Origin: Verrucomicrobiota bacterium
GTDB lineage: Bacteria > Verrucomicrobiota > Verrucomicrobiia > Chthoniobacterales > JACTMZ01
Length of the DNA: 64,000 nucleotides
Direction: 5' to 3'
Assembly: GCA_027624625.1 (NCBI GenBank)
Contig: JAQBWH010000001.1
Coordinates: forward strand, 1,535-65,534
The position numbers and the translations under genes are program-made. Shown here piece after piece: positions 30,041 to 42,191 of the stretch (position 1 is its first letter; every line of letters starts with the position of its first letter). The notes below the pieces were generated by a model, which was given only the letters and a program-made list of their open reading frames with translations, ran no database searches and was not told the DNA's origin.

Positions 30041-30732
30041 AAATCCCATTGTTCAGCAAACTGACGGCCAAGTCGCGCGGGCGCAAACTGATGCGGGCCT
30101 CGGCCCGCACCATGCGCGGGGGCGAGGAGGAGTACTACGAGGCGGAGCCCAACATGAAACTTTCCCACGCTTTCATGGTTGTGCTCATCCTGCACGTTGT
30201 CGCGGTGGGCGGTATTTACGCCTTCAACCACATCAAGGTGAACAAAAACCCCGATCTGATCGCCAACCTTTCCAGCCGGATAGCGAAGGCCACGGGGGTA
30301 GCCTCGTCGACCGTTGTTGCCGCGCCGGTCGCGCCCGCTGCCCCTGCTGCTCCCCAGCGCCAACCCGGGGATGCGGACGACCCTTTGCCCATGATCGGCT
30401 CTGACCTGCCGGTGGCAGCAACAGCGGATTCCGTCGCGACGACGAAACCACCGACTCCTCTCAAGGCCTCCGTCGCGGTGGCCCCGGCCGTGACCCAGAC
30501 TTCGCCACCCAAAGCCGCCGGAGCGAACAAAGTAGCGCCGAAATCCGCCCCTGTGGCGGCAACCAGTGTGGCCGCAGCAACTACTTACAAAGTGGAAAAA
30601 GGCGACAATCCCTACAAGATTGCCAAAAAACTCGGTGTGACCTCCCCGGACTTGCTCAAGGTCAACAGCATCGAGGACCCGACCAAGCTGCAGATTGGCC
30701 AGGTCCTCAAGGTCCCGGCCAAAGCAAACTGA
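30037..30732 (+). CDS. bitopic LysM-domain protein (TM anchor, Pro/Ala-rich linker, C-terminal LysM)
   Basis: Its ATG overlaps the murD stop (ATGA). TM helix AFMVVLILHVVAVGGIYAF, a low-complexity linker, then the LysM signature YKVEKGDNPYKIAKKLGVTSPDLLKVNSIEDPTKLQIGQVLKVP. Confidence 0.8.
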   Translation: MKIPLFSKLTAKSRGRKLMRASARTMRGGEEEYYEAEPNMKLSHAFMVVLILHVVAVGGIYAFNHIKVNKNPDLIANLSSRIAKATGVASSTVVAAPVAPAAPAAPQRQPGDADDPLPMIGSDLPVAATADSVATTKPPTPLKASVAVAPAVTQTSPPKAAGANKVAPKSAPVAATSVAAATTYKVEKGDNPYKIAKKLGVTSPDLLKVNSIEDPTKLQIGQVLKVPAKAN

Positions 30733-30742
30733 AAAACGGTCC

Positions 30743-31885
30743 ATGCGCCGCCGCACGGGCTACATCCTGATCCTTTCCATGGGGAGTCTTCTCGCCATTG
30801 GCATCGTCATGCTTTTCAGCACGGGGGCTTTTGCCCATGACAGCCGGGGTGACATGCATTTTTTTGTCAAACGCCAATTGATGTGGCTGGTCATCGGCGG
30901 ATCGGCATTGGTGGCTGCCGCCATGCTCGATTACCGTTTGTGGGCGCGTTGGTGGCCGTGGGTTTACGCGGCGGCCGCCGTCATGCTCATCCTCTGCTTT
31001 GTCCCCCCGGTCGGGATGAAGGTCAATGGTGCCTGGCGCTGGGTCAATCTGGGTTTCGCCAGTTTTCAGCCGAGCGAACTGGGCAAAATCGCCGTACTCT
31101 TTTTTCTCGCCTCGTGGTATGCGCGCCACGAGGAACAGGCGGCGGAATTCTGGCGCGGCTTTGTCCTGCCCCTTGCCGCCGCGGGCATCATCATGGCTCT
31201 CATCGTGGTCGAGGTGGACCTCGGGGCGACGGCGCTGATTGGTACGACGGCGCTGGCCATGGCATTCGTGGCCGGGGCCGGTTGGCGCTGGCTGCTGCCT
31301 TTGATCGGCGCCGGTGTGGCCGTGCTCTGCGTGGCCGCCTACCATATAGAGGAGCGTATGGGCCGCATCATCGCGTTTCTCGATCCGGAAAAATACAAGC
31401 TGGGCGAAGGCTTGCAGCAATGGCAAGCCCTCCTCGCTTTCGGGGCCGGGGGCGTGGACGGTCTGGGTCTGGGTAACGGACGGCAAAAAATGCTCTACCT
31501 GCCGTATGCCCACACCGATTTTATTTTTCCCATGATCGGGGAGGAACTCGGGCTGCGATTCACCCTGCTGACGGTGTTTTGTTTTCTGCTCATCCTTTTG
31601 GCCGGGGTCCTGATTGCCATGAATGCCAAAGACCGTTTCGGCATGCTTCTCGGCTTCGGCATCACCATCATCATCACGCTGCAGGCGGCCATTAACATCG
31701 GCGTAACCACCTCGCTCCTGCCGAACAAAGGCATGCCCCTGCCTTTTATCAGCTACGGTGGCAGCAATCTCGCAGTGTCGATGTTGCTCATCGGCATCCT
31801 CGTCAACATCCACCGCCAAGGACGCCGCGAACCGAAACGTCGTTCGCGCGTTGTCCCGGCCACCAGCCTGGCGGTCCGTTTTTGA
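30743..31885 (+). CDS. ftsW: peptidoglycan glycosyltransferase FtsW (SEDS family)
   Basis: Start at ATG 30743 (MRRRTGYILILSMG). SEDS blocks are present (QPSELGKI, HTDFIFPMIGEELG, LLPNKGMPLPFISYGGS). Confidence 0.92.
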   Translation: MRRRTGYILILSMGSLLAIGIVMLFSTGAFAHDSRGDMHFFVKRQLMWLVIGGSALVAAAMLDYRLWARWWPWVYAAAAVMLILCFVPPVGMKVNGAWRWVNLGFASFQPSELGKIAVLFFLASWYARHEEQAAEFWRGFVLPLAAAGIIMALIVVEVDLGATALIGTTALAMAFVAGAGWRWLLPLIGAGVAVLCVAAYHIEERMGRIIAFLDPEKYKLGEGLQQWQALLAFGAGGVDGLGLGNGRQKMLYLPYAHTDFIFPMIGEELGLRFTLLTVFCFLLILLAGVLIAMNAKDRFGMLLGFGITIIITLQAAINIGVTTSLLPNKGMPLPFISYGGSNLAVSMLLIGILVNIHRQGRREPKRRSRVVPATSLAVRF

Positions 31886-31887
31886 TT

Positions 31888-32976
31888 ATGAAGTTTGCCA
31901 TCGCATGCGGAGGAACCGGAGGACACCTTTTTCCGGGTTTGGCCGTGGCCGAAGTCCTGCGTGGCCAAGGCCACGAGGTTCTGCTCTTTGTTTCGGAGAA
32001 GGAGATCGATGCCCGTGCCCTGCGAGCCCATCCCGATCTGCCGCGCGAGAAGCTTCCGTCCATCGGCCTGCCTGCGATCTTTTCTCCGGCCATGGTCACT
32101 TTCCTGCGCCACCTGCGTTCCAGCCTCAAGTCCTGCGGCTCCTCGTATGATACGGAGCGCCCCGACGCGGTGCTGGGCATGGGCGGATTCACCAGTATTG
32201 CCCCGCTTTTTGCGGCCCGCCGCCGCGGAATACCTGCTTTTTTGCACGAATCGAATGCCATTCCCGGCAAGGCAAACCGTCTGGCTGCCCGCTTTTGTCG
32301 CTCCGTGCTGCTCGGCTTCGACGATTGTGCGCGTCATTTTTCGAAAAGCTCGACCCGGGTCACAGGGACGCCGATTCGCCGGGAATTAGCCCAAGGTGCG
32401 CCCGCACGCGCCGAAGCACGGCTTGCCCTTGGCCTCGAACCGGAGCGGACGACGCTCCTCGTCATGGGAGGAAGCCAGGGGGCGGCCGGAATCAACGCCT
32501 TGATGGCACAAGCCGCGTCGCATTTATCCGCCACCGCCTTGCAGGTCGTGCATCTGGCCGGGGAACATGATGCCGAGACCGTGCGGTCTGCTTATGCCAC
32601 GGCGGGAATTCCTGCCGTGGTCTTGCCCTTTTGCGACCGCATGCAGGAAGTTTATCCCGCCGCCGATCTGGCTATCTCCCGTTCGGGCGCCGCCAGCCTC
32701 GGAGAGTTGTCATGGTTCGGTCTTCCCTCGGTTCTTGTTCCCTTTCCCTATGCCGCCGAGGACCACCAGAGGTTGAATGCAGAAATTTTTACCCGCGCCG
32801 GCGCGGCAAAGTTGCTGCCTGAGCCGGAGGCGACGGGCCAGAGCCTGTCTCGTCTCGTCATCTCGTTGCTCGAATCACCGGAGACTTTGGCCACCATGGC
32901 GACTGCGGCCAGAGCGCTGGCTCCGCGCGATGCGGCAGCGCGGGTGGCCGCGGTTTTGACGGGAGTAAAGTCATGA
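31888..32976 (+). CDS. murG: UDP-N-acetylglucosamine--N-acetylmuramyl-(pentapeptide) pyrophosphoryl-undecaprenol N-acetylglucosamine transferase
   Basis: MKFAIACGGTGGHLFPGLAVAE N-terminus and C-terminal SRSGAASLGEL. A TTG at 31882 overlapping the ftsW stop is an alternative start. Confidence 0.92.
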   Translation: MKFAIACGGTGGHLFPGLAVAEVLRGQGHEVLLFVSEKEIDARALRAHPDLPREKLPSIGLPAIFSPAMVTFLRHLRSSLKSCGSSYDTERPDAVLGMGGFTSIAPLFAARRRGIPAFLHESNAIPGKANRLAARFCRSVLLGFDDCARHFSKSSTRVTGTPIRRELAQGAPARAEARLALGLEPERTTLLVMGGSQGAAGINALMAQAASHLSATALQVVHLAGEHDAETVRSAYATAGIPAVVLPFCDRMQEVYPAADLAISRSGAASLGELSWFGLPSVLVPFPYAAEDHQRLNAEIFTRAGAAKLLPEPEATGQSLSRLVISLLESPETLATMATAARALAPRDAAARVAAVLTGVKS

Positions 32977-35255
32977 CGACAAAAGAACTGGCCGATTTGC
33001 TCCGGGGTGCGCCGTGCCGGATTCATCTCATCGGGGTGGCCGGCTCGGGCATGAGTGGCATCGCGGCACTTTTACTCGCCCTCGGCCACCGGGTCAGCGG
33101 ATCGGACAAGGTGGACACCGTCGAAGTGAAACGCCTGCAGTCCCTCGGTCTTGATTTTCACACTCTGCAGCGGGCCGCCGACGTGGTTGATACGCAGTTG
33201 GTCGTTTATTCCTCGGCCATCCGCCAAGGCAACGCGGCCTTTGATGCGGCGCGAAGCATGGGCAAACCTATGGTAAGGCGGGCGGAGGCGCTGGCTGCGC
33301 TCATGCTGGGAAAAAAAGGGATTCTGGTCGCGGGCATGCACGGGAAGACAACCGTCTCGGCCATGAGCGCGCATGTGTTGCGTGCCGCGGGCGCGCACCC
33401 TTCGCACTACGTCGGCGCGGAAATCCCGATTCTCGGCACGAACGCCCGGTGGGATGACGGTGGCGAGTATTTCGTGGCCGAGGGTGACGAAAGCGACGGT
33501 ACGATCGTTCTTTACCATCCGGAGCACGTCATCGTGCTCAATATCGAGCCCGAGCACTTGGACCACTATGCCGATCTGGCCGCGATCGATGCGGCTTTCG
33601 GTCAATTACTCGACCAGACGGCCGGAAAAATTTTCTATTGTGCCGACGACGCCGGAGCAGTGCGGATTTGCGCGGGGCGACCGCAGTCGGTTTCTTATGG
33701 AAAAACCGGGACTTATACTTGCACCGACATCCGGCCTGCGGGATTTGCTTCGACTTTTTCTTTCTGCCGAGAGGGCCAAGAACTTGCCCGGGTCACCCTC
33801 AATGTTCCGGGGGAGCACAATGTGGTCAATGCGACCGCGGTGCTGGCTCTCGCCGCTGAGTTGGGACTCGACATGGCCAAATGTGCTGCCGCGTTGCAAA
33901 GCTTCCGCGCCGCGCGCCGGCGTTTCGAAGTTCTCCATTTTTCGGACCGCCATTTGCTCGTTGACGACTACGGGCACCATCCGAGCGAGATAGCGGCGGT
34001 GATTCGCACCGCACGTGACACAGGTCGCGACCGCGTACTTTTGCTTTTCCAACCTCACCGCTACACGCGCACGCAGGCCCTGAGAGACGATTTCGGGCGT
34101 GCTTTGGCCGTGGCCGACGCAGTTGTTGTCACGGAAATTTACCCGGCTGGCGAGGATCCTGTTCCCGGTGTCAGCGGCCGGTTGATTGCCGATGCGGCCA
34201 CTATGGCCGGTTGTGCCCATGCCGTTTATATTCCTTCGAGGGAGGAAGCCGGGCGCGAGGCCGGGCGACTGCTCCGTCCGGGAGATTTGCTCGTCACCCT
34301 CGGGGCGGGGAATATTCACGAGCAAGGTACAGTTCTGGCCGAAGACCTGCAGACTTTGGACCAGCTGAGCAGCGTGATGGGTGCGGGGGTAGCGCGTCTT
34401 TACGAGCCACTGGCCAAGCATACTACCATGCGGGTGGGCGGACCCGCCCAATTCTGGCTTGAGCCCGAGACGGAGGAGGGATTTTGCGACTTGGTGCGGG
34501 CCTCCCAGGAAGCCGGTCTTCCTTTTATGGTCATCGGCCGTGGATCGAATCTTATCGTCCGGGATGGCGGTTTGCCCGGCGTTGTCGTCCGACTTCGTCG
34601 CGGGGTATTCGGTGATTTTGGCCTCGAGGGCTCGTCGATCCGGGCCGGTGTCGGCGTCCGCCTCAAGGCGTTGAGCGGCGCGGCGGCCACGGCCGGCGTC
34701 CGAGGTTTTGAGTGGATGGAAGGGATTCCGGGCGATGTGGGCGGATGTCTGCGCATGAATGCAGGTGCCATGGGGGTCGAAGCCTTCGACCAGGTCGAAC
34801 GGCTTCGCTATGCCGATCACGAGGGCAATATTTTCGAAAAATCACCGCGTGATCTGGAAGTCCACTACCGCAGCGTGCCGGTTTTGCGCAAGAATTACGC
34901 GCTGTCCGCCGTTTTCCGCGGCGAGCCTTCGACGCCGGAGGAAGTCGAGCGGCGGACCCGCGATTACGCGACAAAGCGCAAATCCTCGCAGCCCGTGGGG
35001 GCGAGTGCCGGCTGTATTTTCCGCAATCCGGAAATCGGAAAAGCCGGCCAGTTGATCGATGCCTCCGGCCTCAAAGAGGCGCGGGTTGGTGCGGCGCGGG
35101 TGTCCGGGGTCCATGCCAACTTCATTCTCAACGAGGGAGGCGCAACAGCTTCTGATGTGCTCGCCCTTGTCGAACACGTGCGTGCGGAGGTTCTCAAGAA
35201 GCAGGGTGTGCGCCTCGAGACCGAGGTGCAAATCCTCGGGGAGGAGGCATCATGA
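32973..35255 (+). CDS. murC/murB: bifunctional UDP-N-acetylmuramate--L-alanine ligase / UDP-N-acetylenolpyruvoylglucosamine reductase (MurC-MurB fusion)
   Basis: A single uninterrupted 760-aa frame. The N-terminal ~460 aa are MurC (IHLIGVAGSGMSGIA, GMHGKTTVSAM, DDYGHHPSEI). The C-terminal ~290 aa are MurB (LAKHTTMRVGGPAQFW, VIGRGSNLIVRDGG, SAGCIFRNP). Confidence 0.9.
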   Translation: MTTKELADLLRGAPCRIHLIGVAGSGMSGIAALLLALGHRVSGSDKVDTVEVKRLQSLGLDFHTLQRAADVVDTQLVVYSSAIRQGNAAFDAARSMGKPMVRRAEALAALMLGKKGILVAGMHGKTTVSAMSAHVLRAAGAHPSHYVGAEIPILGTNARWDDGGEYFVAEGDESDGTIVLYHPEHVIVLNIEPEHLDHYADLAAIDAAFGQLLDQTAGKIFYCADDAGAVRICAGRPQSVSYGKTGTYTCTDIRPAGFASTFSFCREGQELARVTLNVPGEHNVVNATAVLALAAELGLDMAKCAAALQSFRAARRRFEVLHFSDRHLLVDDYGHHPSEIAAVIRTARDTGRDRVLLLFQPHRYTRTQALRDDFGRALAVADAVVVTEIYPAGEDPVPGVSGRLIADAATMAGCAHAVYIPSREEAGREAGRLLRPGDLLVTLGAGNIHEQGTVLAEDLQTLDQLSSVMGAGVARLYEPLAKHTTMRVGGPAQFWLEPETEEGFCDLVRASQEAGLPFMVIGRGSNLIVRDGGLPGVVVRLRRGVFGDFGLEGSSIRAGVGVRLKALSGAAATAGVRGFEWMEGIPGDVGGCLRMNAGAMGVEAFDQVERLRYADHEGNIFEKSPRDLEVHYRSVPVLRKNYALSAVFRGEPSTPEEVERRTRDYATKRKSSQPVGASAGCIFRNPEIGKAGQLIDASGLKEARVGAARVSGVHANFILNEGGATASDVLALVEHVRAEVLKKQGVRLETEVQILGEEAS

Positions 35256-36172
35256 GCGCGGCCGATTTGCGCGCCCTGCATCTTGCCGTGCTCATGGGCG
35301 GTCCCGGATCGGAGCGCGAGGTTTCCCTGCGTTCCGGCGCGGCGGTGGCCCAGGCCTTGCGCCAGGGCGGTTATCGCGTGAGCGAGGTGGATGTGCGCGG
35401 GCCGGAATTCGCTTTGCCGGAGGACACCGGACTTTGTTTTCTCATGATGCACGGGACCTTCGGGGAAGACGGCCAGATCCAAGCCATCCTTGAACGACGT
35501 GGAATTCTTTACACTGGAGAGGGGGAGGCGGCCAGTCGTGTGGCCTTCGACAAGTTGGAGAGCAAAAAACTTTTCGCGCAAGCCGGCGTTTCCAGTCCGC
35601 GCTGGGAGGTGGTCCGGGCCGGCCAGAGGCCAACTTTGTCCCTGCCCATCGTGGTCAAAGCTCCCCGCGAGGGATCCAGCGTCGGCGTGCACCTTGTGCG
35701 CGAACCCGCGGACTTGGCGGGAGCACTGGCTGACTGCGCCGCACTGGACCGGGAAATTCTGGTCGAAGAATTGGTGGAGGGGCGTGAATTGACGGTCGGG
35801 GTGGTTGGCGACCAAGCCACCGCCGTGGTCGAGATTCGTCCGCACGAAGGGTTTTACGATTATGCGCACAAGTATACGAAGGGAGCTTCCGAGTACTTCT
35901 GTCCCGCGCCCCTCAACGAAGTCGAAACCCGCCTGATGCAGGAGACGGCACTGGCCGCGCACCGCGCGCTCGGGTTGAAAGTTTACTCGCGGGTCGACAT
36001 TCTCTTGCGGGCCGATGGCATTCCCTTTGTCCTCGAAGCCAACACGATTCCCGGCATGACCGAAACCAGCCTTCTGCCCAAGGCGGCCGCGGTGGCCGGT
36101 CTCAGTTTTCTCGGGCTGTGCGAAAAAATCGCACGCTTGTCCCTGCAAAGCCGCACCACCCAATATCCATGA
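35252..36172 (+). CDS. ddl: D-alanine--D-alanine ligase
   Basis: 306 aa. Its ATG overlaps the murC/B stop. ATP-grasp blocks are present (HGTFGEDGQIQ, VVKAPREGSSVGV, LEANTIPGMT). Confidence 0.93.
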   Translation: MSAADLRALHLAVLMGGPGSEREVSLRSGAAVAQALRQGGYRVSEVDVRGPEFALPEDTGLCFLMMHGTFGEDGQIQAILERRGILYTGEGEAASRVAFDKLESKKLFAQAGVSSPRWEVVRAGQRPTLSLPIVVKAPREGSSVGVHLVREPADLAGALADCAALDREILVEELVEGRELTVGVVGDQATAVVEIRPHEGFYDYAHKYTKGASEYFCPAPLNEVETRLMQETALAAHRALGLKVYSRVDILLRADGIPFVLEANTIPGMTETSLLPKAAAVAGLSFLGLCEKIARLSLQSRTTQYP

Positions 36173-37107
36173 ATTTTTTCTCCCGCAAAAAACCGCGCCG
36201 CCGTCGTCCGGTCCGCCGTGGTCGCCGCGAGCATTTGTTGGAGGTGACCGCCACGGCGGAGACTGAGCGCCGCCGCCGCAACCAGAAGGCCCTGCTTTAT
36301 ACCTGCGAGGCCCTGTTTCTGACCGGGTTGCTCGTTGTGGCCTGGTTCGGGGTCAATTTGTTCATCGAAAATTTTTTCACCAAGAACAAGAACTACGAGG
36401 TGCGGGTTGTCGAGGTGAACACCGACGGTGTGATGACTCGCGAGGAGGCGCTGGTCAAAACAGGCATCCACGAGGGACTCAATATTTTCTCGCTCAATCT
36501 TGAGTCCGCCCAAAGTGCCCTGACGTCCATTCCCGAGATCCAGTCCGCGCGTGTCGAGCGCATCTTGCCTGACACAGTGTCCATTTCGATCGAGGCACGA
36601 CGGCCTGTGGCGTGGGTGGCGCCGGCCGACACGGGTGCGGACCCCTCGACCATGGAGACGGCCTGCTTGGTTGACGCAACAGGAGTGATGATCAAGCCCC
36701 AAGGTTTCGAGGCCTCCTACACGAGGTTGCCGGTGGTTTACGGGGTGCCGACGGAGCAGTGGCGTCTGGGGGACAAAATCGAAATGCCCGAATTGCTCGT
36801 CGCCCTTGATTTGCTCGGCCTTGCCGCCGAGCGCACCACTCCCGAGGTGAAACTGCGCGCTGTGGATATCAGCAAAAGTTGGTGCCTCATGGCCTGGAAT
36901 GACCCCCAAACCCGCCTTACCTTCGGGCCTGACGATCTCCCGGCACAACTCGATCGCCTTCAACTCATCTTGCTGCACGTCGGCCAGACTTCGCGCCGTG
37001 TCGCCACGGTCAACCTCATACCCGCGCGCAATACACCGGTCACTTTTGTGGGCGAAGCCCCGGCCGCCGAAGGGGCGACTGCGCCGACTACGGCCAAGAA
37101 TCGCTGA
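36169..37107 (+). CDS. ftsQ: cell division protein FtsQ (POTRA domain)
   Basis: Its ATG 36169 overlaps the ddl stop. Basic N-terminus, one TM helix, then a POTRA-like region (VEVNTDGVMTREEALVKTGIHEGLNIFSLNL). Canonical position. Confidence 0.75.
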   Translation: MNFFSRKKPRRRRPVRRGRREHLLEVTATAETERRRRNQKALLYTCEALFLTGLLVVAWFGVNLFIENFFTKNKNYEVRVVEVNTDGVMTREEALVKTGIHEGLNIFSLNLESAQSALTSIPEIQSARVERILPDTVSISIEARRPVAWVAPADTGADPSTMETACLVDATGVMIKPQGFEASYTRLPVVYGVPTEQWRLGDKIEMPELLVALDLLGLAAERTTPEVKLRAVDISKSWCLMAWNDPQTRLTFGPDDLPAQLDRLQLILLHVGQTSRRVATVNLIPARNTPVTFVGEAPAAEGATAPTTAKNR

Positions 37108-37112
37108 TCCCC

Positions 37113-38327
37113 ATGGCCCGTTCGCATCTCCATGTCGGTTTGGAAATAGGAACCTCCAAAGTTGCGGCGGTTATTGCCGAGACGCGCAGTGACGGGCTGC
37201 TGCGCATCATCGGCACCGGGGAAGCGCTTTCCCGTGGCGTGCGCAAAGGCGAGATTGTCGACATCGGCATGATCACCCTTTGCCTCAACGAGGCGGTCTC
37301 TGAAGCGGAGGAGAAGGCTGATCGCGAGATCGGCGGGGTGGTTGCTTCGGTCACCGGAGCGCATCTTGAAAGCCTCAACAACCGTGGAGGCATTCCTATC
37401 CCGGATGATCGCGACGAGATCGAGGAAGAAGACATTCAAGAGGTCGAGCAAAGCGCGCTCGATGTCAGTATCCCGGCAGGCAATGTCTTCCTGCATACGA
37501 TCAACCAGTGTTACTACGTCGACGGCCAAGAGGGGGTGTCCAGTCCGCTCGGGATGATTGGACGCAAGCTCGAAGCCGAATTTCATATTGTGCACGGCAC
37601 GAAGACGCGCATTCAAAACAGCTTGCGCTGCATCCGCGAAGCCAACCTCGAGGTGGCCAATGTCGTGATGAGCGCGGTGGCCTCGGCACACGCCGTGCTT
37701 GACCAAAGCGACCGTGAAAGCGGCGTCCTCGTCATCGACATCGGCGGCGGTACCACGGACTTCATTCTCTTCCGCGAGGGCTCCGTCCGTCAAAGCGGCG
37801 TGCTGGCCGTGGGGGGCGACCACGTGACCAACGACATCTCGATCGGCCTGCGGGTTCCGAGCAAGTGGGCCGACAAGCTCAAGACGGAAGAGGCCGATGT
37901 GGCGCCGGGAGCGACCGCCGCGCGTGGCACGGTGCGCATCGAGGATCCGACCTACGCCGGCGGGGAAATCGAGCGCTCCAGCCTGAACAAAGTGGCCGAA
38001 GCCCGGGTGCGGGAGGTCTTGGTTTTGGTCAAACGTCGCATTAATTTCGACCGCCAAGCCCAATTTGTCGGCGGCGGCGTCATTCTGACCGGGGGCACGG
38101 CCGAACTGAAAGGAATCGCTCCCCTGGCCGCGGATGTCTTCGGGGTGCCGGCCCGCGTGGCCAGCGCCCGGCCTCTTATGGGTCCGACCGCCATTTTTGA
38201 AAGTCCGCGATGGAGCACCGCGATCGGGCTCGTTCTTTACGCGCAGGCCGCGCAGGAAGCGCTGGAGGAAATTTCCGTTTTCGACCGGTTGCGGAGCAAA
38301 ATCGGACGGATTATTCCCGGGCTATGA
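37113..38327 (+). CDS. ftsA: cell division protein FtsA
   Basis: 404 aa actin-like ATPase (VGLEIGTSKV, VIDIGGGTTD, GGGVILTGGTAELKGI). Confidence 0.9.
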   Translation: MARSHLHVGLEIGTSKVAAVIAETRSDGLLRIIGTGEALSRGVRKGEIVDIGMITLCLNEAVSEAEEKADREIGGVVASVTGAHLESLNNRGGIPIPDDRDEIEEEDIQEVEQSALDVSIPAGNVFLHTINQCYYVDGQEGVSSPLGMIGRKLEAEFHIVHGTKTRIQNSLRCIREANLEVANVVMSAVASAHAVLDQSDRESGVLVIDIGGGTTDFILFREGSVRQSGVLAVGGDHVTNDISIGLRVPSKWADKLKTEEADVAPGATAARGTVRIEDPTYAGGEIERSSLNKVAEARVREVLVLVKRRINFDRQAQFVGGGVILTGGTAELKGIAPLAADVFGVPARVASARPLMGPTAIFESPRWSTAIGLVLYAQAAQEALEEISVFDRLRSKIGRIIPGL

Positions 38328-39577
38328 TCACGGTCGGCAGCAACGAGAGGTTTTCCACCCCACCCGCCGCCGTTTCCTCCATCAAGGTCGTTGGCCTGGG
38401 CAATGCGGGTCTTGCCGTCCTCGCGCGTCTTGCCGGCGAACAAGGAGCACCGGCCGATCTCGTCGCGGTGCACACGGACGCCAAGGCGGTGGCTGCCTCG
38501 CCGGCTGCCCGCAAAATGCAAATCGGCCATGGAGTGGCCAAGGGTCTCGGGTCGGGTGGGGACGTCGCGCGCGGCCGCGCCTCGGCCAGCGAGAGTCTTA
38601 CCGATTTACGCGCCGAGTGCAAAGGGGCCGAAGTCGTGCTTTTGTGTGCCGGACTCGGCGGTGGCACCGGTTCCGGGGCTGCACCCGTCGTGGCCGAGCA
38701 GGCCAAAAAGTCCGGTGCCTTGGTCATTGCCGTGGTGACTCTGCCCTTCGCCGCCGAGGGCTCGCGCAAGCGGGAACTGGCCGAGGAATCGCTCGCGCGG
38801 CTCGGGAGGCACTGCCTGGCCGTCTTGTGCTTTGAAAACGACCGCATGATTGAGGTTGTCCGGGCCGAGGCGCCGGTGGCCGAGGCTTTCGGCGCGGCGG
38901 CGGGCGTTCTTTCGCTGGCCGCGCGGGCCATTGCCCAAATGGTTGGCTTGCCGGCCGTGATGCCCGTCGGACTCGACGAATTGCTCGAGATGTTCGCCGG
39001 GGCTGATGCGCGGGCTCATTTTGGCTATGGTGTGGCGTCCGGTCCCGACCGCGCGCGGTTGGCCGTGGCGGAAGCGTTGCGCAGTCCGCTTCTCGAGGAG
39101 GGCAAACTTTTGTCCGAGCCCGGGCGTGTGCTTGTTCATCTGACGGGAGACGACTCGCTCACATTGTCCGAGTTGCAATCGGTGCTGCGTCGCCTCTCCG
39201 ACCATTTCGGCCCGGCCACCTTGGTGCATGTCGGGGTGGCCAATGATCCGGCGGCCGACGGGAATCTGGGGGTGACCATCCTCGGTTGCACGCACTCGGG
39301 GGTGCCGTCGCTTGTCGCGGAAGAGGAAGATGACCTCGAATTGCCCGCTGAGCCGGTGGCGGAGGTGGACGGCCCTGCGGAAGGTGATAAGCCGGGCAAT
39401 TCCGGAGGCAGACGCGGCAAGGGTAAGGGGAAGAAAAACGAGGCCGGCCAGACGCAGGAGGAGTTGCCTTTGGATCAGGCGATACGGGGCCGGTTCAAAG
39501 GCCTCGTCCCGACGATGGTGGACGGTCAGGACCTTGATATTCCCACATTTATTCGCATGCGTATCCGCCTGAAGTAG
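38324..39577 (+). CDS. ftsZ: cell division protein FtsZ (divergent)
   Basis: Its ATG 38324 overlaps the ftsA stop. Tubulin signature [14 protein letters not shown]7-like FENDRM, and C-terminal peptide [11 protein letters not shown]. The T1 loop reads GLGNAG. Confidence 0.85.
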   Translation: MITVGSNERFSTPPAAVSSIKVVGLGNAGLAVLARLAGEQGAPADLVAVHTDAKAVAASPAARKMQIGHGVAKGLGSGGDVARGRASASESLTDLRAECKGAEVVLLCAGLGGGTGSGAAPVVAEQAKKSGALVIAVVTLPFAAEGSRKRELAEESLARLGRHCLAVLCFENDRMIEVVRAEAPVAEAFGAAAGVLSLAARAIAQMVGLPAVMPVGLDELLEMFAGADARAHFGYGVASGPDRARLAVAEALRSPLLEEGKLLSEPGRVLVHLTGDDSLTLSELQSVLRRLSDHFGPATLVHVGVANDPAADGNLGVTILGCTHSGVPSLVAEEEDDLELPAEPVAEVDGPAEGDKPGNSGGRRGKGKGKKNEAGQTQEELPLDQAIRGRFKGLVPTMVDGQDLDIPTFIRMRIRLK

Positions 39578-39596
39578 TGGTAGTTTTTTTAGTCTG

Positions 39597-42170
<2,574 letters not shown>

Positions 42171-42191
42171 GTCGGGGACAGCCCAAGCGCT

